NCBI GenBank assembly: GCA_965204535.1
Contig: CBDBEV010000001.1
Span: 2,848,001 to 2,912,000 of the forward strand
Length of the DNA: 64,000 nucleotides
Reading direction: 5' to 3'
Source of the DNA: a bacterium
GTDB taxonomy: Bacteria; UBA8248
A program made the translations under genes and the position numbers. Numbering within the stretch: position 1 is the stretch's first letter; each line of letters starts with the position of its first letter. The notes beneath the pieces were generated by a model. It had not been told where the DNA came from and did not search any database. It was given only the letters and a program-made list of their open reading frames with translations. Of the stretch, positions 1 to 9,996 are shown in pieces.

Positions 1-585
1 GGCGAAATCGAAGCCCTCGCGCACCATCCTGGTGCCCCTCATTTTCACCAGCTTTTTCCCGATGCGGCCAACGTCTTCCCAGGTGCGCGGGTAATCCTTG
101 TCCGGGTCCAGGCCTACTTCCCGGAAGTGGTTCTTGTTGATGTAGAGGCTGAATACCGAAGAGATGGGAGGGACGGCGTAGAGCTTCCCCTTGTGGATAT
201 AGCCGTCCAGAGCCCCCGGCAGGTAGGCCTTCTTCATGTCCTCGAGGTCCTTGAAGCCGAGCCACTCGGGGCGAATGGGCGAGAGTACGTTCTTTGTGGT
301 GAAGCCGGGCAGAAGGGTGTCGATGACCGTAAACATGTCGGCCGCCGAGCGCGTGGAAAGCGCGGCCGTGAGTTTCTGGAAGTAGGGGGTCATCGCGAAG
401 AAATCATACTGCACGGGAGACTTGGGGTTCATCTTGTTCCACTCCGCCACCAACTGTTTGGAGTAGTTGTTGTGCGGCGGGTTGCTGTGTTCCCACCAGG
501 TGATCCTTTGCTGGGCAAAAGCTGGATTCCAGAGAAGCGCTGTTACCATACCGACCAGTAGCTGAGTCATGAGAAACCTTTGCAT
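1..585 (-). CDS. ABC transporter extracellular solute-binding protein (sugar-type family), truncated at window edge
   Basis: Not in ORF track; manual translation from ATG at 585 (AGGAGG RBS upstream): signal peptide MQRFLMTQLLVGMVTALLWNPAFA then ITWWEH...GKLYAVP...LYINKNHFREVGLDP...PRTWEDV, typical SBP motifs. Confidence 0.85.
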   Translation of the reverse strand, partial: MQRFLMTQLLVGMVTALLWNPAFAQQRITWWEHSNPPHNNYSKQLVAEWNKMNPKSPVQYDFFAMTPYFQKLTAALSTRSAADMFTVIDTLLPGFTTKNVLSPIRPEWLGFKDLEDMKKAYLPGALDGYIHKGKLYAVPPISSVFSLYINKNHFREVGLDPDKDYPRTWEDVGRIGKKLVKMRGTRMVREGFDFA

Positions 586-1303
586 GGTTTTGCCTCCTTT
601 CCGGTCCGCCTGTTTTAGCCAGCGGTTCTATTGAGAATTCCGGGCGCACCCCGAGCATGGAGTGTACCGGGATCGAATGGGTACTACAGGAACACGTCGC
701 GCCATTGCACGCCACTTGATTATTTCATTTTGGAACTTGAATGGAAGCATATTAGCATCTGGCCGTTCCAAATCAAAATTCCTTTGATGAGGTACCGGGT
801 TTTCCTTCGCCATGCGCTGGTCCGGCGCGACGCTTGCGCCGATATGGATGATGGCGGAGCGCGTCCACTTGCGCCCTTGGTCATCAGGGCGACTGTCAGG
901 ATATGGAAGACCGCGCAGACGGTGTGCGCGGGCGAAGTTCAGGAAGAGGGGAGGTGCGTTTTAGCTGTGGGGGCGTAATTCAGTTCGCGTTGCCGTCACC
1001 GGAGCCGCCACCGAAACAGACCGCCGTCAGCGTAAGTAAGAGGAGGATCAGCATGAAGCGTTTCATGCGGACCTTCATAAAACATGCGCCAAGAGGTGTC
1101 AAAGAAAACATGCGCCGGGAGATGCCAACGCTTCGAGCCGCGCGCTCCCCGCCGGGCGAGGCCAAATCCCGGCGGTTGACGCCTCGTATCCTTGAGTTTT
1201 TGCGGGCGAAAGCCAAAAATGTTACTAATGTATTCAATCTGACAATTTGCTCGTTCTGATTTGCGAGAACATCTTTTCCATTGGTAGGTAAGGATTTCAT
1301 TCT

Positions 1304-2272
1304 ATGAATCATGCAGGAGGTTTTCATTTCGGCTATCTGCTGCCCACGCGCGGCGTCGTCGTGGCGGCGGCGGGCGAGGCGCCGGAAACAGACCCCATTT
1401 TTTCTTTGGCGAAAAAGGCCGAGAATCTTGGTCTCGATTCCGTCTGGCTCGGCGACAGCGTGCTGGCCAAGCCGCGCATGGAGAGCTTCACCACCTGGGC
1501 GGCGGTTCTCGCCTCCACCGAGCGCGTTCAGGTGGGCACGGCGGTGATGCTCGCGGCGCTCAGACACCCGGTGATGCTCGCCCAGTCGATGAGCACGCTC
1601 GACTGCATGTTCCCCGGTCGCGTTCTGCCCGGCCTGGGCGTGGGGCGCACCGACCTCAAGTTCGAGTTCGAGACCATCGGCGTTCCCATCAACGAGCGCG
1701 CGCGCCGGTTTTCCGAGACAGTCGAAATACTCAAGCTCCTCATGCGGGAATCCCGGGCAAATTATGCGGGCAAACATTTCGCCTTCGAGGGCGTGGCGCT
1801 CGAGCCGAGGCCCAAAACCCCCGGCGGCCCCCCGGTCTGGCTATCGAGCAACCTGGTGGATTCAGGCCTTAAGCGCGTGGCGCGCTTCGCCGACGGCTGG
1901 ATAACGAACTCGATCACGGCGGACCTCTACCGGCAGTGCTGGGAGAAGATTCTCTCGTATTCCGACGAGTTTGGCCGCACCGAAGAAATCGAAAAAATTC
2001 CCCAGTGCCTCTACGTCACGATGAACATCAATCCCGACGGCGCGAAGGCGGAAGCCCAGTGCGGAGAATTTCTCTCCAAGTACTACCACAAGACCTTCGA
2101 TGAGGTGCGGGAGCAACTCCTCGTCATCGCCGGGGACGGCGACCGCGTGGAGGAGCAGCTCAGGGAATACGCGGCGGAAGGAGCGCGCGTCTTCGTCGTT
2201 CGCTTCGCGGGCGGCGTCCAGGAAGAACAACTCGAGAATTTCGTCTCAGAACTCCTGCCGAGGTTCGAGTAG
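1304..2272 (+). CDS. LLM class flavin-dependent oxidoreductase
   Basis: AENLGLDSVWLGDS, TERVQVGTAV, GRVLPGLGVG, ARFADGW luciferase-like motifs. Confidence 0.9.
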   Translation: MNHAGGFHFGYLLPTRGVVVAAAGEAPETDPIFSLAKKAENLGLDSVWLGDSVLAKPRMESFTTWAAVLASTERVQVGTAVMLAALRHPVMLAQSMSTLDCMFPGRVLPGLGVGRTDLKFEFETIGVPINERARRFSETVEILKLLMRESRANYAGKHFAFEGVALEPRPKTPGGPPVWLSSNLVDSGLKRVARFADGWITNSITADLYRQCWEKILSYSDEFGRTEEIEKIPQCLYVTMNINPDGAKAEAQCGEFLSKYYHKTFDEVREQLLVIAGDGDRVEEQLREYAAEGARVFVVRFAGGVQEEQLENFVSELLPRFE

Positions 2273-3457
2273 ATGGTCATCGAGAACGGCACGGGCGCTT
2301 CCATAGAAGAGATCAAGGGGAGAATTTCGGATGCGCGCGGCCTCATGGGCGAGGCGGAACTCGACGTCCTCCTCGTCATCGGGCGTTCTTTTTATGACCG
2401 CATGGGGAGCCTGACCTACCTCACCAACCATTTCCCGCCGTTTCCGCCGGGCGCGTTCAGCGATACCGTGCGCGGCATGGGCCACGGCGTGCTCGTCCTG
2501 CCGATTGAGGAGGAGCCGCTTCTCTTCGTGGATCACAGAAACTATCGCGCAGAGATGGTGCACGTCGAGAACGTCCGGGTGGAGGCGAACATCTCCGCCG
2601 GCCTGGTGGGTCAACTGGAGCGACTGGGAGCCGGAAGCGCGCGGGTGGGTATCGCCGGTGAGGACATCATGCCGGCCACGATGTACATCGACTTGACCAC
2701 GGCACTCCCCGAGGCGCAATTCTCGAACGCGAACGCCCTGGTGGAGCAACTCCGCGCCAGGAAGAGCGAAACCGAGGTCGCTTACCTGAAGCGCGCGGCG
2801 GAGATCGTCGAGGCGGGCTATGCCGCCATTTTCGATGCGGTTCGCCCCGGCGTGAGCGAGAGCGATCTGTGCGCCGAGGGCCATGCGGCGGGGATGCGCG
2901 CGGGGGCCGATTTCGTGCGCTACGTCCGCGTCCACAGCGGCCCGTGGGCAAGCTGGGGTTCGCGCTGGCCGCAGGCGACGCAGAGGAAGCTGGAGGCGGG
3001 CGACCTGATCCGCTTCGACTACGTGGGCGCGGTGGAAGGCTACGGGTTCGACGTCAACCGCACTGCCGTGGTCCCCGGCAAGAAACTCGAAAAAAACGTG
3101 GAGGAGATGCTGGAGTTGACGGTCGCGACCTCGGAGGCGTCGATGGACGCGGTTCGCGCGGGTGCCAGGGCTTCGGACGTTCATGCGGCGGCGAGCCGGT
3201 TCCTGGACGAGAACGCGAACGGAGCGGGGCAGTATCTCTTCCCGATGGCGGGGCACGGCATTGGACTAGAGACTGTGGAGGCGCCCATCATCCGGCCGGA
3301 TAACGAGATGGTGCTGGAACGCAACATGGTGCTCTGCGTGGAGCCGCAGTTCGTGCTGCCCGAGGTGGGGGGTACGAACATCGAGCAGATGGTGCTCGTG
3401 ACGGATGATGGATGCGAACTCCTCACGACGACCACCACGCGCCCGTGGGCGGAATAA
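2273..3457 (+). CDS. M24 family (Xaa-Pro peptidase-like) hydrolase
   Basis: Creatinase-like N-domain, RARKSETE, metal ligands D..D..HGIGL..VEP..IEQ. Confidence 0.85.
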   Translation: MVIENGTGASIEEIKGRISDARGLMGEAELDVLLVIGRSFYDRMGSLTYLTNHFPPFPPGAFSDTVRGMGHGVLVLPIEEEPLLFVDHRNYRAEMVHVENVRVEANISAGLVGQLERLGAGSARVGIAGEDIMPATMYIDLTTALPEAQFSNANALVEQLRARKSETEVAYLKRAAEIVEAGYAAIFDAVRPGVSESDLCAEGHAAGMRAGADFVRYVRVHSGPWASWGSRWPQATQRKLEAGDLIRFDYVGAVEGYGFDVNRTAVVPGKKLEKNVEEMLELTVATSEASMDAVRAGARASDVHAAASRFLDENANGAGQYLFPMAGHGIGLETVEAPIIRPDNEMVLERNMVLCVEPQFVLPEVGGTNIEQMVLVTDDGCELLTTTTTRPWAE

Positions 3458-3608
3458 CATGGGCGCTGCATGTCCGGGAATGATACTGCCGGATAAGCGA
3501 GAATGAGTTTCGATACGCTCGTAATATGCTTGTAATTTTCATGTGAGACGCTTTTTGTGCATCCGACGTTATTTCGTGGAATGGCGTTATAAAAGGGACG
3601 GAATTTCC

Positions 3609-5480
3609 ATGAAGCGATTCCTGAATCCGGTCGCGCTGCTGGCCATCGTCTGGTCGGTCATCCAGTTGTATTGGGCTTTTTTCGGGATGCTTCACGTCTT
3701 TACCTCCAGGCCGCTTCACCTGAGCTTCGCGCTGGGCATCGTCTTTCTCACCAAACCGTTTCGCAAGGAAGGCCGCGTCGGCCCCGTCGATTACGTTTTG
3801 ACCGTCATCGCCATGTGTATCGCGGTGCTCTATCTGTGGGAGTGGAACTTCCTGAACGAGCGCATCCGCGACGTGGACGAAGTGCCCACGCGCTATGTCT
3901 ACTTAGGCCTTGCATACATCCTCCTGACCGTCGAGGCGTCGCGTCGCTATCTCGGCTGGGGCGTCACCTCGGTCGCCGTCGTGGCGCTGGCCTATAATTT
4001 TCTCGGCCACCTGATCCCGGGCGCACTCGGGCATCGCTTCATCCTGCTGACCGAGTTCATCGAGTTCCAGATCCTGGGCGTCGAGGGCCTGCTGGGCGTT
4101 CCGCTGGGCGTGAGCGCGGAGGTGGTGTTTTATTTCGTGCTCTTCTCGGCGGCGCTCGAAGTCTCGGGCGGCGGGCGCATGTTCATCGATCTGGCCATCC
4201 GGCTCACCGGCTCGTTCCGGGGCGGTCCGGCCAAGGCGGCGATCGTGAGCAGCAGCCTCATGGGCACCATCAGCGGGAGCGCGACGGCGAACGTCGTGGG
4301 AACCGGCATCTTCACCATCCCGCTGATGAAGCGCCTGGGCTTCGCTCCCCATTACGCGGGCGCGGTGGAGGCGGTGGCTTCCACGGGCGGGCAGCTCATG
4401 CCGCCCATCATGGGGGCCGGGGCCTTCATCCTGGCCGACATGACGGGCACCCCGTATTTGAGGGTGGCGGGCGCGGCGGCCATTCCGGCCATCATCTACT
4501 ACGTCTCGCTGTTCTTCATGGTCGACCTCGAGGCGAAGAAGCTGAACCTGAAGGGTCTGAGCAAAGAGGAGATGCCGGAACTCAAGAGCATCCTCCTGGA
4601 GCGCGGTCTCCTGCTCTTTCCGATCATCCTGCTCCTGGGCTACATGATCGCCGGTTTCACTTTGATGTGGTCGGCCACCTCGGCGGCCATCGGCGTGGTG
4701 GTGCTCAGTTGGGTGCGCAGTGGGACCCGCATGGGGTTCGAGAAGATAATCGAAGCGCTCGAGAAGGCCGGGCGGATGACGGTCCCCGTCGCGGTTCCCT
4801 GCGCCATCGCCGGCGTCGTGGTCGGCGTGGTGGACGATACGGGCATCGGCCTCAAGTTCTCGGGCCTCATCGTCAACATCTCGGGCGGAATGATCCTGCC
4901 CGCGCTGGGGCTGACGCTCATCGGCTGCGTCATCATGGGTATGGGCATGCCGACTGCCGCCGCCTACATCATGGCGGGAACGCTTCTGGGTCCGGCGCTT
5001 TTCAAGCTCGGCCTCCCCGTTCTGGCGGCGCACATGTTCATCTACTATTTCGCCATTCTCTCGATGCTGACGCCGCCGGTGGCGCTTTCGGCCTACGTCG
5101 CCTCGGGCGTGGCCGAGTCGGATTTGACCGCCACGGGCTGGAAGGCGTTTCAGCTCTCTTTGGCGGGATTTCTTATTCCCTTCGCGTTCGTATATAATCC
5201 GTCCATGCTGTTTATCGGTCCGCTCGGTGAGACGCTCTGGGTAACGATCACCTGCATCATCGGTGTGGCGGCCCTAGCGGCGGCGATCACCGGGCACGTA
5301 TCGCTCCCCCTGGCGGGCTGGGAGCGGGCTGTTTTCTTCATCTGTTGTCTGGGGCTGATCGTTCCCGAGAAGATGACGGACGTCATCGGCTCCGTTTTGC
5401 TGGTCATCGTTTTCTGGCGCCATATGACGCGCGCCAGGAAAAGCGCCCTCGCCGTGGATTCGGCGGGTCCTGTGTCTTAG
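3609..5480 (+). CDS. TRAP transporter fused 4TM/12TM permease (TAXI type)
   Basis: GGPAKAAIVSSSLMGTISGSATANVVGTG, ASTGGQLMPPIMGAGAF, GMGMPTAAAY, LTPPVAL; start chosen at ATG 3609. Confidence 0.92.
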   Translation: MKRFLNPVALLAIVWSVIQLYWAFFGMLHVFTSRPLHLSFALGIVFLTKPFRKEGRVGPVDYVLTVIAMCIAVLYLWEWNFLNERIRDVDEVPTRYVYLGLAYILLTVEASRRYLGWGVTSVAVVALAYNFLGHLIPGALGHRFILLTEFIEFQILGVEGLLGVPLGVSAEVVFYFVLFSAALEVSGGGRMFIDLAIRLTGSFRGGPAKAAIVSSSLMGTISGSATANVVGTGIFTIPLMKRLGFAPHYAGAVEAVASTGGQLMPPIMGAGAFILADMTGTPYLRVAGAAAIPAIIYYVSLFFMVDLEAKKLNLKGLSKEEMPELKSILLERGLLLFPIILLLGYMIAGFTLMWSATSAAIGVVVLSWVRSGTRMGFEKIIEALEKAGRMTVPVAVPCAIAGVVVGVVDDTGIGLKFSGLIVNISGGMILPALGLTLIGCVIMGMGMPTAAAYIMAGTLLGPALFKLGLPVLAAHMFIYYFAILSMLTPPVALSAYVASGVAESDLTATGWKAFQLSLAGFLIPFAFVYNPSMLFIGPLGETLWVTITCIIGVAALAAAITGHVSLPLAGWERAVFFICCLGLIVPEKMTDVIGSVLLVIVFWRHMTRARKSALAVDSAGPVS

Positions 5481-5540
5481 CGAAAAACGCATCATAGACG
5501 GAAGCATATTCGTGTTATTTCCAACAGAGGAGTTTTCGAC

Positions 5541-6515
5541 ATGAAGCGCAAATCCTGGAAAATGGTTCTTGTTCTCGCGGTGGTCATCGGCGCCTTCGTG
5601 GCCGTTCAGGCCGAGGCGGCCCGCCTCACGATGGGAAGCTGGAAAAAGGGCAGCGGCTGGCACGTGTACTCGGCCACCATGGCGAACATCGTGAACAACG
5701 CGAAAGTGGGCGTTCAGATAGACGCCCTCTCCAAAGGCGGCGGCGTGGGGAACCCCAAGCTCGTCGGCACCGGCAAGTTCAGTATGGGGCTCACCTTCAG
5801 CGTGGCGGCGGCCTGGGCGTATCAGGGCAAGGTGGCCTACAAAAAGCCCTACAAGAACCTGCGCGGGCTGGTTGGCGGCCTGGACCAGTACTTCCTGGGC
5901 ATCGTTACCACGAACCCCAAGGTGAACGGCATTCTCGACCTCAAGAAAGTGCCCGTGAACTACGTGACGGTTCCGCGCGGCGGGCTGGGCCAGTGGGCCA
6001 CGCGCGCCATGCTCGGAGCGCACGGCATCACCTATGAGGGCATCAAGAAGATGGGTGGTTCGGTGACGCACACCGGCTTCGGCGCCATCAAGAGCCGGAT
6101 GAAGGACGGCCAGGCCGACATGCTGAGCCACACCGTGAACGCGGGCCACCCGGCGCTCACCTCGATAGCGATCCAGAAGAAGCTGAAGTTCTTGGGTATC
6201 GCCGATGAGTTCCGCAACAAGCTTCTGGGAATCGGCTTCCTGAAAGCCACCATGCCGGCCAAGACGTTCCCGGGACAGGACAAGCCCAAGAACACGTTCG
6301 GCTTCACCACCGCGGTCCTCGCCTCCACCGCCCTGAGCAACAAGGATGCGTACAATATCGTGAAGTCCCTGCTCGACAACGTGAAGGACCTGCGGGCGGG
6401 ACACAAGGGCCTCAGGAACTTCGACCCGGCCAAGACGGGTTGCAAGGAAGCGCAGATGGGCATTCCGTTCCACGACGGCGCGGCCCGCTATTGCAAGGAG
6501 AAGGGCTGGAATTAG
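5541..6515 (+). CDS. TAXI family TRAP solute-binding protein
   Basis: Signal peptide, GGGVGN, C-terminal IPFHDGAARY motif; adjacent to fused permease. Confidence 0.88.
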   Translation: MKRKSWKMVLVLAVVIGAFVAVQAEAARLTMGSWKKGSGWHVYSATMANIVNNAKVGVQIDALSKGGGVGNPKLVGTGKFSMGLTFSVAAAWAYQGKVAYKKPYKNLRGLVGGLDQYFLGIVTTNPKVNGILDLKKVPVNYVTVPRGGLGQWATRAMLGAHGITYEGIKKMGGSVTHTGFGAIKSRMKDGQADMLSHTVNAGHPALTSIAIQKKLKFLGIADEFRNKLLGIGFLKATMPAKTFPGQDKPKNTFGFTTAVLASTALSNKDAYNIVKSLLDNVKDLRAGHKGLRNFDPAKTGCKEAQMGIPFHDGAARYCKEKGWN

Positions 6516-6675
6516 TTGATGGTTCAAGCGGCGGGGAGGTGCGCCGCCGCCAGAAAAAGCAGGAACGAGAACCGCTATCGGTTCATGAATCGAGGTTCGA
6601 CTCCCGCCGTTCGTCCGGGGATGGGCGGCGGGAGCTTCCATTTCAAAAACCGTTTGCTTCAACAAGGGGAAAGCC

Positions 6676-7470
6676 ATGCCGTACCGCTTTGTCGATCTCT
6701 CGCTCACCGTCGACCCGGAGGACACCTACGTTCAGTTTCCGCGCGATGAGATTTACGACAAGCCGGCGCCAGGCACGACCATCACCCCCATCGCGACGCT
6801 GGACGTGGACCACATCTGCAACTTCGGCTTCACCACCACCACGCAGAGCTACACGCACTACGACGCGCCCTATCACTTTTTCCACGACGGGCTGAAGAAC
6901 GACGAGTTGCCGCTCGATCACGTATGCGGCGACGCCTGCGTGCTCAAGGTGCCGGGCAAGGGCAATTCCGAGTCCGTGACGGCCGAGGACCTGGAAGCCA
7001 CGGGCGTCGAAGTGCGCCCCGGCGACATCGCCATCGTCAGCACGGAGTGGACCGACCGCATGTGGGGCTCGCGCGATTTCTGGGAGCACATGGTCTATCT
7101 CTCGACCGACGCGGCCGACTGGCTCATCGACAAGGGCATCAAGGCGCTCGTCCAGGATTTCATGACGTGCGACTCGCCGCTCCATCCCCCCGAGGAGCGC
7201 AAGTGGCCGGCGCCGAACTGGAGCCCCAACCACATCAAGTTCCTGGAGCGCGGGATATGCCTCATCGAGTGGTGCACGAACATGGGCGCCATCCGCAAAG
7301 AGCGCGTCCTGCTGGTGACGGGCGCGGTGAAGCTCAAGGACACCGAGGGCGCGCCCGCGCGCGTCATCGCGGTCGAGTTCTGGGACGAGGAGCCGCCCCG
7401 CGACGGCGCTCCTCCCCCCCTGCCGCCCCTCGAGAATCCCTATACGGATCGCGGCTCCTGGGCCGAATAA
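6676..7470 (+). CDS. Cyclase family metal-dependent hydrolase
   Basis: VDLSL, QSYTHYDAPYH (variant of HxGTHxDxPxH), EGAPARVIA. Confidence 0.85.
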   Translation: MPYRFVDLSLTVDPEDTYVQFPRDEIYDKPAPGTTITPIATLDVDHICNFGFTTTTQSYTHYDAPYHFFHDGLKNDELPLDHVCGDACVLKVPGKGNSESVTAEDLEATGVEVRPGDIAIVSTEWTDRMWGSRDFWEHMVYLSTDAADWLIDKGIKALVQDFMTCDSPLHPPEERKWPAPNWSPNHIKFLERGICLIEWCTNMGAIRKERVLLVTGAVKLKDTEGAPARVIAVEFWDEEPPRDGAPPPLPPLENPYTDRGSWAE

Positions 7471-7480
7471 GGCGCGCGAT

Positions 7481-8863
7481 ATGGTGGATCAAAGCCTGCG
7501 CGGCTTCCTGGAGATGGTGGAGCGAGACCACCCCGAAGAACTCGTGCGCATCGCAGAACCCGTCGGGAGGGAGGACATCACGCCCACGGTGTTCGAGTTC
7601 GAGCGCGCGGGCAGATACCCCGTCATCATCTTCGAGCGCGTGGAGGGCTTCGAGGGTTCGGTCGTCACCAACATCGCGGGCAACCGGAACCTCCTGGCGG
7701 CGTGTCTCGACGTGGCGCCGGGCGATCTGCCGACGGCCTACAAGGACCGCTGCCAGAATTACCTGCCCGTGGAGGTGGTCGAGGACGCCCCCTGGCGCGA
7801 AGTCGTCATCGAAGAAGACGAGGTGGATCTCAACAAGCTGCCCATCCCCTTCCATTTTCCCGTGGATGCGGCCCCCTACATCACGGCGGGCCAGATCGTG
7901 GCGCGAGACCCCGAGACGGGCGTGGACACGACGGGCTTCCATCGACTGCAGCTCAAGGGAAAGAACAGGTTGGGCGTCTCCCTGCATTCGCGTCGGCGGA
8001 TGTACCATTTTCACAAAAAGGCCGAAGACGCCGGCGAGCCCCTGCCGGCGGCGGTCGTCATCGGGGTTCACCCCGTCCACTACATGGGTTCGATGGCCTA
8101 TCACTACCCGCCGGGAGTGCGGAAGTACGAGATCATCGGCGCCCTGTTCGGCGAGTCGTATCGCGTCGCCCGGTGCGGCACGGCGGACCTGGAAGCGCCC
8201 GAGGGGGCGGAGATCGTGCTCGAAGGAGAGATTCTGAACGAGGTGCGCGAGGAGGAGGGCCCCTTCGGCGAGTTCACCGGCTATGCGTCCTACCGCAGCA
8301 CGCAGAACGTGTTCGTCGTCAAGCGCGTGCAGATGAGGGGCGACGCCATGCTCCACAGCGTGGCCTCGGGCATGTCGGCCGATCACATTCTCATCTCATG
8401 CGTGAGCCGCGAGGCCGAGATCCTGAACACGCTCAGGCGCAACCTGCCGGGCGTCACCGCCGTGCACGTGCCCTCGAACACGGCGGGCGCGCTTCTGGCC
8501 ATCGTCCAGATGAAAAAGACGGCAGAGGGCCAGCCGCAACAGGCCATCATGGCGGCGCTCGGAACCGAGTTTTACTGCAAGTGCGTGGTCGTGGTCGATG
8601 AGGACGTGGACATCTTCAATCTCTCCGACGTTGCCTGGGCGGTCATCACGAGGACGCGCGCGGATAAGGACATCAACTTCATCCACGGGGCGATGGGCGC
8701 CATCCTGGACCCGACTTCGGACCCCGAGACGCACACCCTCACGAAGGTGGGGGTCGACGCCACCAAACCCGCCGGGCGCGACTTTGCGGAACGGCTGCAT
8801 ATTCCAGACGAGCAGCGCGAGCGCGTGCGCGGGATTCTCGCGAGCGCGGGCATCCACCTTTAG
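7481..8863 (+). CDS. UbiD family (prenyl-FMN) decarboxylase
   Basis: EGPFGEFTGY, VVVVDEDVD, LDP...KVGVDATKP motifs. Confidence 0.92.
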   Translation: MVDQSLRGFLEMVERDHPEELVRIAEPVGREDITPTVFEFERAGRYPVIIFERVEGFEGSVVTNIAGNRNLLAACLDVAPGDLPTAYKDRCQNYLPVEVVEDAPWREVVIEEDEVDLNKLPIPFHFPVDAAPYITAGQIVARDPETGVDTTGFHRLQLKGKNRLGVSLHSRRRMYHFHKKAEDAGEPLPAAVVIGVHPVHYMGSMAYHYPPGVRKYEIIGALFGESYRVARCGTADLEAPEGAEIVLEGEILNEVREEEGPFGEFTGYASYRSTQNVFVVKRVQMRGDAMLHSVASGMSADHILISCVSREAEILNTLRRNLPGVTAVHVPSNTAGALLAIVQMKKTAEGQPQQAIMAALGTEFYCKCVVVVDEDVDIFNLSDVAWAVITRTRADKDINFIHGAMGAILDPTSDPETHTLTKVGVDATKPAGRDFAERLHIPDEQRERVRGILASAGIHL

Positions 8864-8871
8864 GCCTTGAT

Positions 8872-9834
8872 GTGGCGGATAGAAAAGTAAAACTGGGCGT
8901 GCTTCTCCCCACGCGCGGGGTGCTGCTCTGGAACACAGGTGTCCCGGAGGTGGGATCCGTCATCGACCTGGCCGTGCGTGCGGAGGAACTCGGCTACGAT
9001 TCCGTGTTCGTGGGGGATTCCGTTCTCGCCAAACCGAGACTCGAGGCGCTCAGCGTGCTCTCCGCCGTGGCGGTGAGAACCGAGCGCGTGAAGCTCGGCA
9101 CCGCCGTCTTTCTGCCCTGCCTCAGAGACCCCGTATTCCTCGCCTATCAGGTCGCGACGCTCGACGTCATCTCGGGCGGGCGCGTGATTCTCGGCGTCGG
9201 CATCGGTCCGCCGAAGCCCCAGGAGTGCGTGCATGAGTTCGAGACCTTGGGCGTGCCGTTCAGAAAGCGCATGTTCTACATGCAGGAGCACATGACGCTC
9301 ATGCGCAGGCTCTGGACGGAGGAGGACGTGACCTTTGAGGGCAGGTATTACCAGGTGGAAAACGTCACCTTGGCGCACAAGCCCATCCAGAAGACCGTGC
9401 CCATGTGGGTAGCCTCAGCCACAGTGGACACCGCGTGGCAGAGGGTGGCCAGATTTGGGGACGGCTGGTTCCCCAACCGCGTGACGCCCGAGGAGTTCCG
9501 CGACACCTGGGGGAAAATCGTCCGCTTGGCCTCTGAGAACGGGCGCGACCCCGGCACGCCCGCGTGGTACATGACCACCTGCATCGACGACGACAAGGAA
9601 TCCGCCATGAAAAACGGCGAGGAATTTTTGCTCGATTACTACTACACCCCGTTCTGGGGCGATTCCATCGAGAAATGGGGCACGTACGGCCCCGCGGAAG
9701 ACCTGATAGAGCGCATCAACGCCTTCATCGAGGCAGGGGCTGCGCATATCTCCCTGCGCTTCACCCACCGGGATCAGATGGGCCAGTTGGAGCGATTCAC
9801 AGAGGAGGTGCTCCCGCACCTGAATCTGGAGTAA
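8872..9834 (+). CDS. LLM class flavin-dependent oxidoreductase
   Basis: AEELGYDSVFVGDSVLAKPR, ATLDVISGGRVILGVG; paralog of 1304..2272. Confidence 0.9.
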   Translation: MADRKVKLGVLLPTRGVLLWNTGVPEVGSVIDLAVRAEELGYDSVFVGDSVLAKPRLEALSVLSAVAVRTERVKLGTAVFLPCLRDPVFLAYQVATLDVISGGRVILGVGIGPPKPQECVHEFETLGVPFRKRMFYMQEHMTLMRRLWTEEDVTFEGRYYQVENVTLAHKPIQKTVPMWVASATVDTAWQRVARFGDGWFPNRVTPEEFRDTWGKIVRLASENGRDPGTPAWYMTTCIDDDKESAMKNGEEFLLDYYYTPFWGDSIEKWGTYGPAEDLIERINAFIEAGAAHISLRFTHRDQMGQLERFTEEVLPHLNLE

Positions 9835-9996
9835 GAAGGTTTTTCGCCGATCTTTGTCGTCTATCCTGCTCCGGAAAAAATTCAGGGGCAGTCAATTCCG
9901 GGTGAACACAAGGGTTTGCCAATACATGAGAGGGTAATGGCAACCCCCTTGAAAGCGAAATCCCATAACATCACCCCCCCCTACCCCCCCCTTAAC

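Noticed and set aside
6525-6640. Two GC-rich hairpins between the TAXI and cyclase genes
   Set aside because: Could stabilise mRNA but lack a U-tract or family signature; not enough to call a feature
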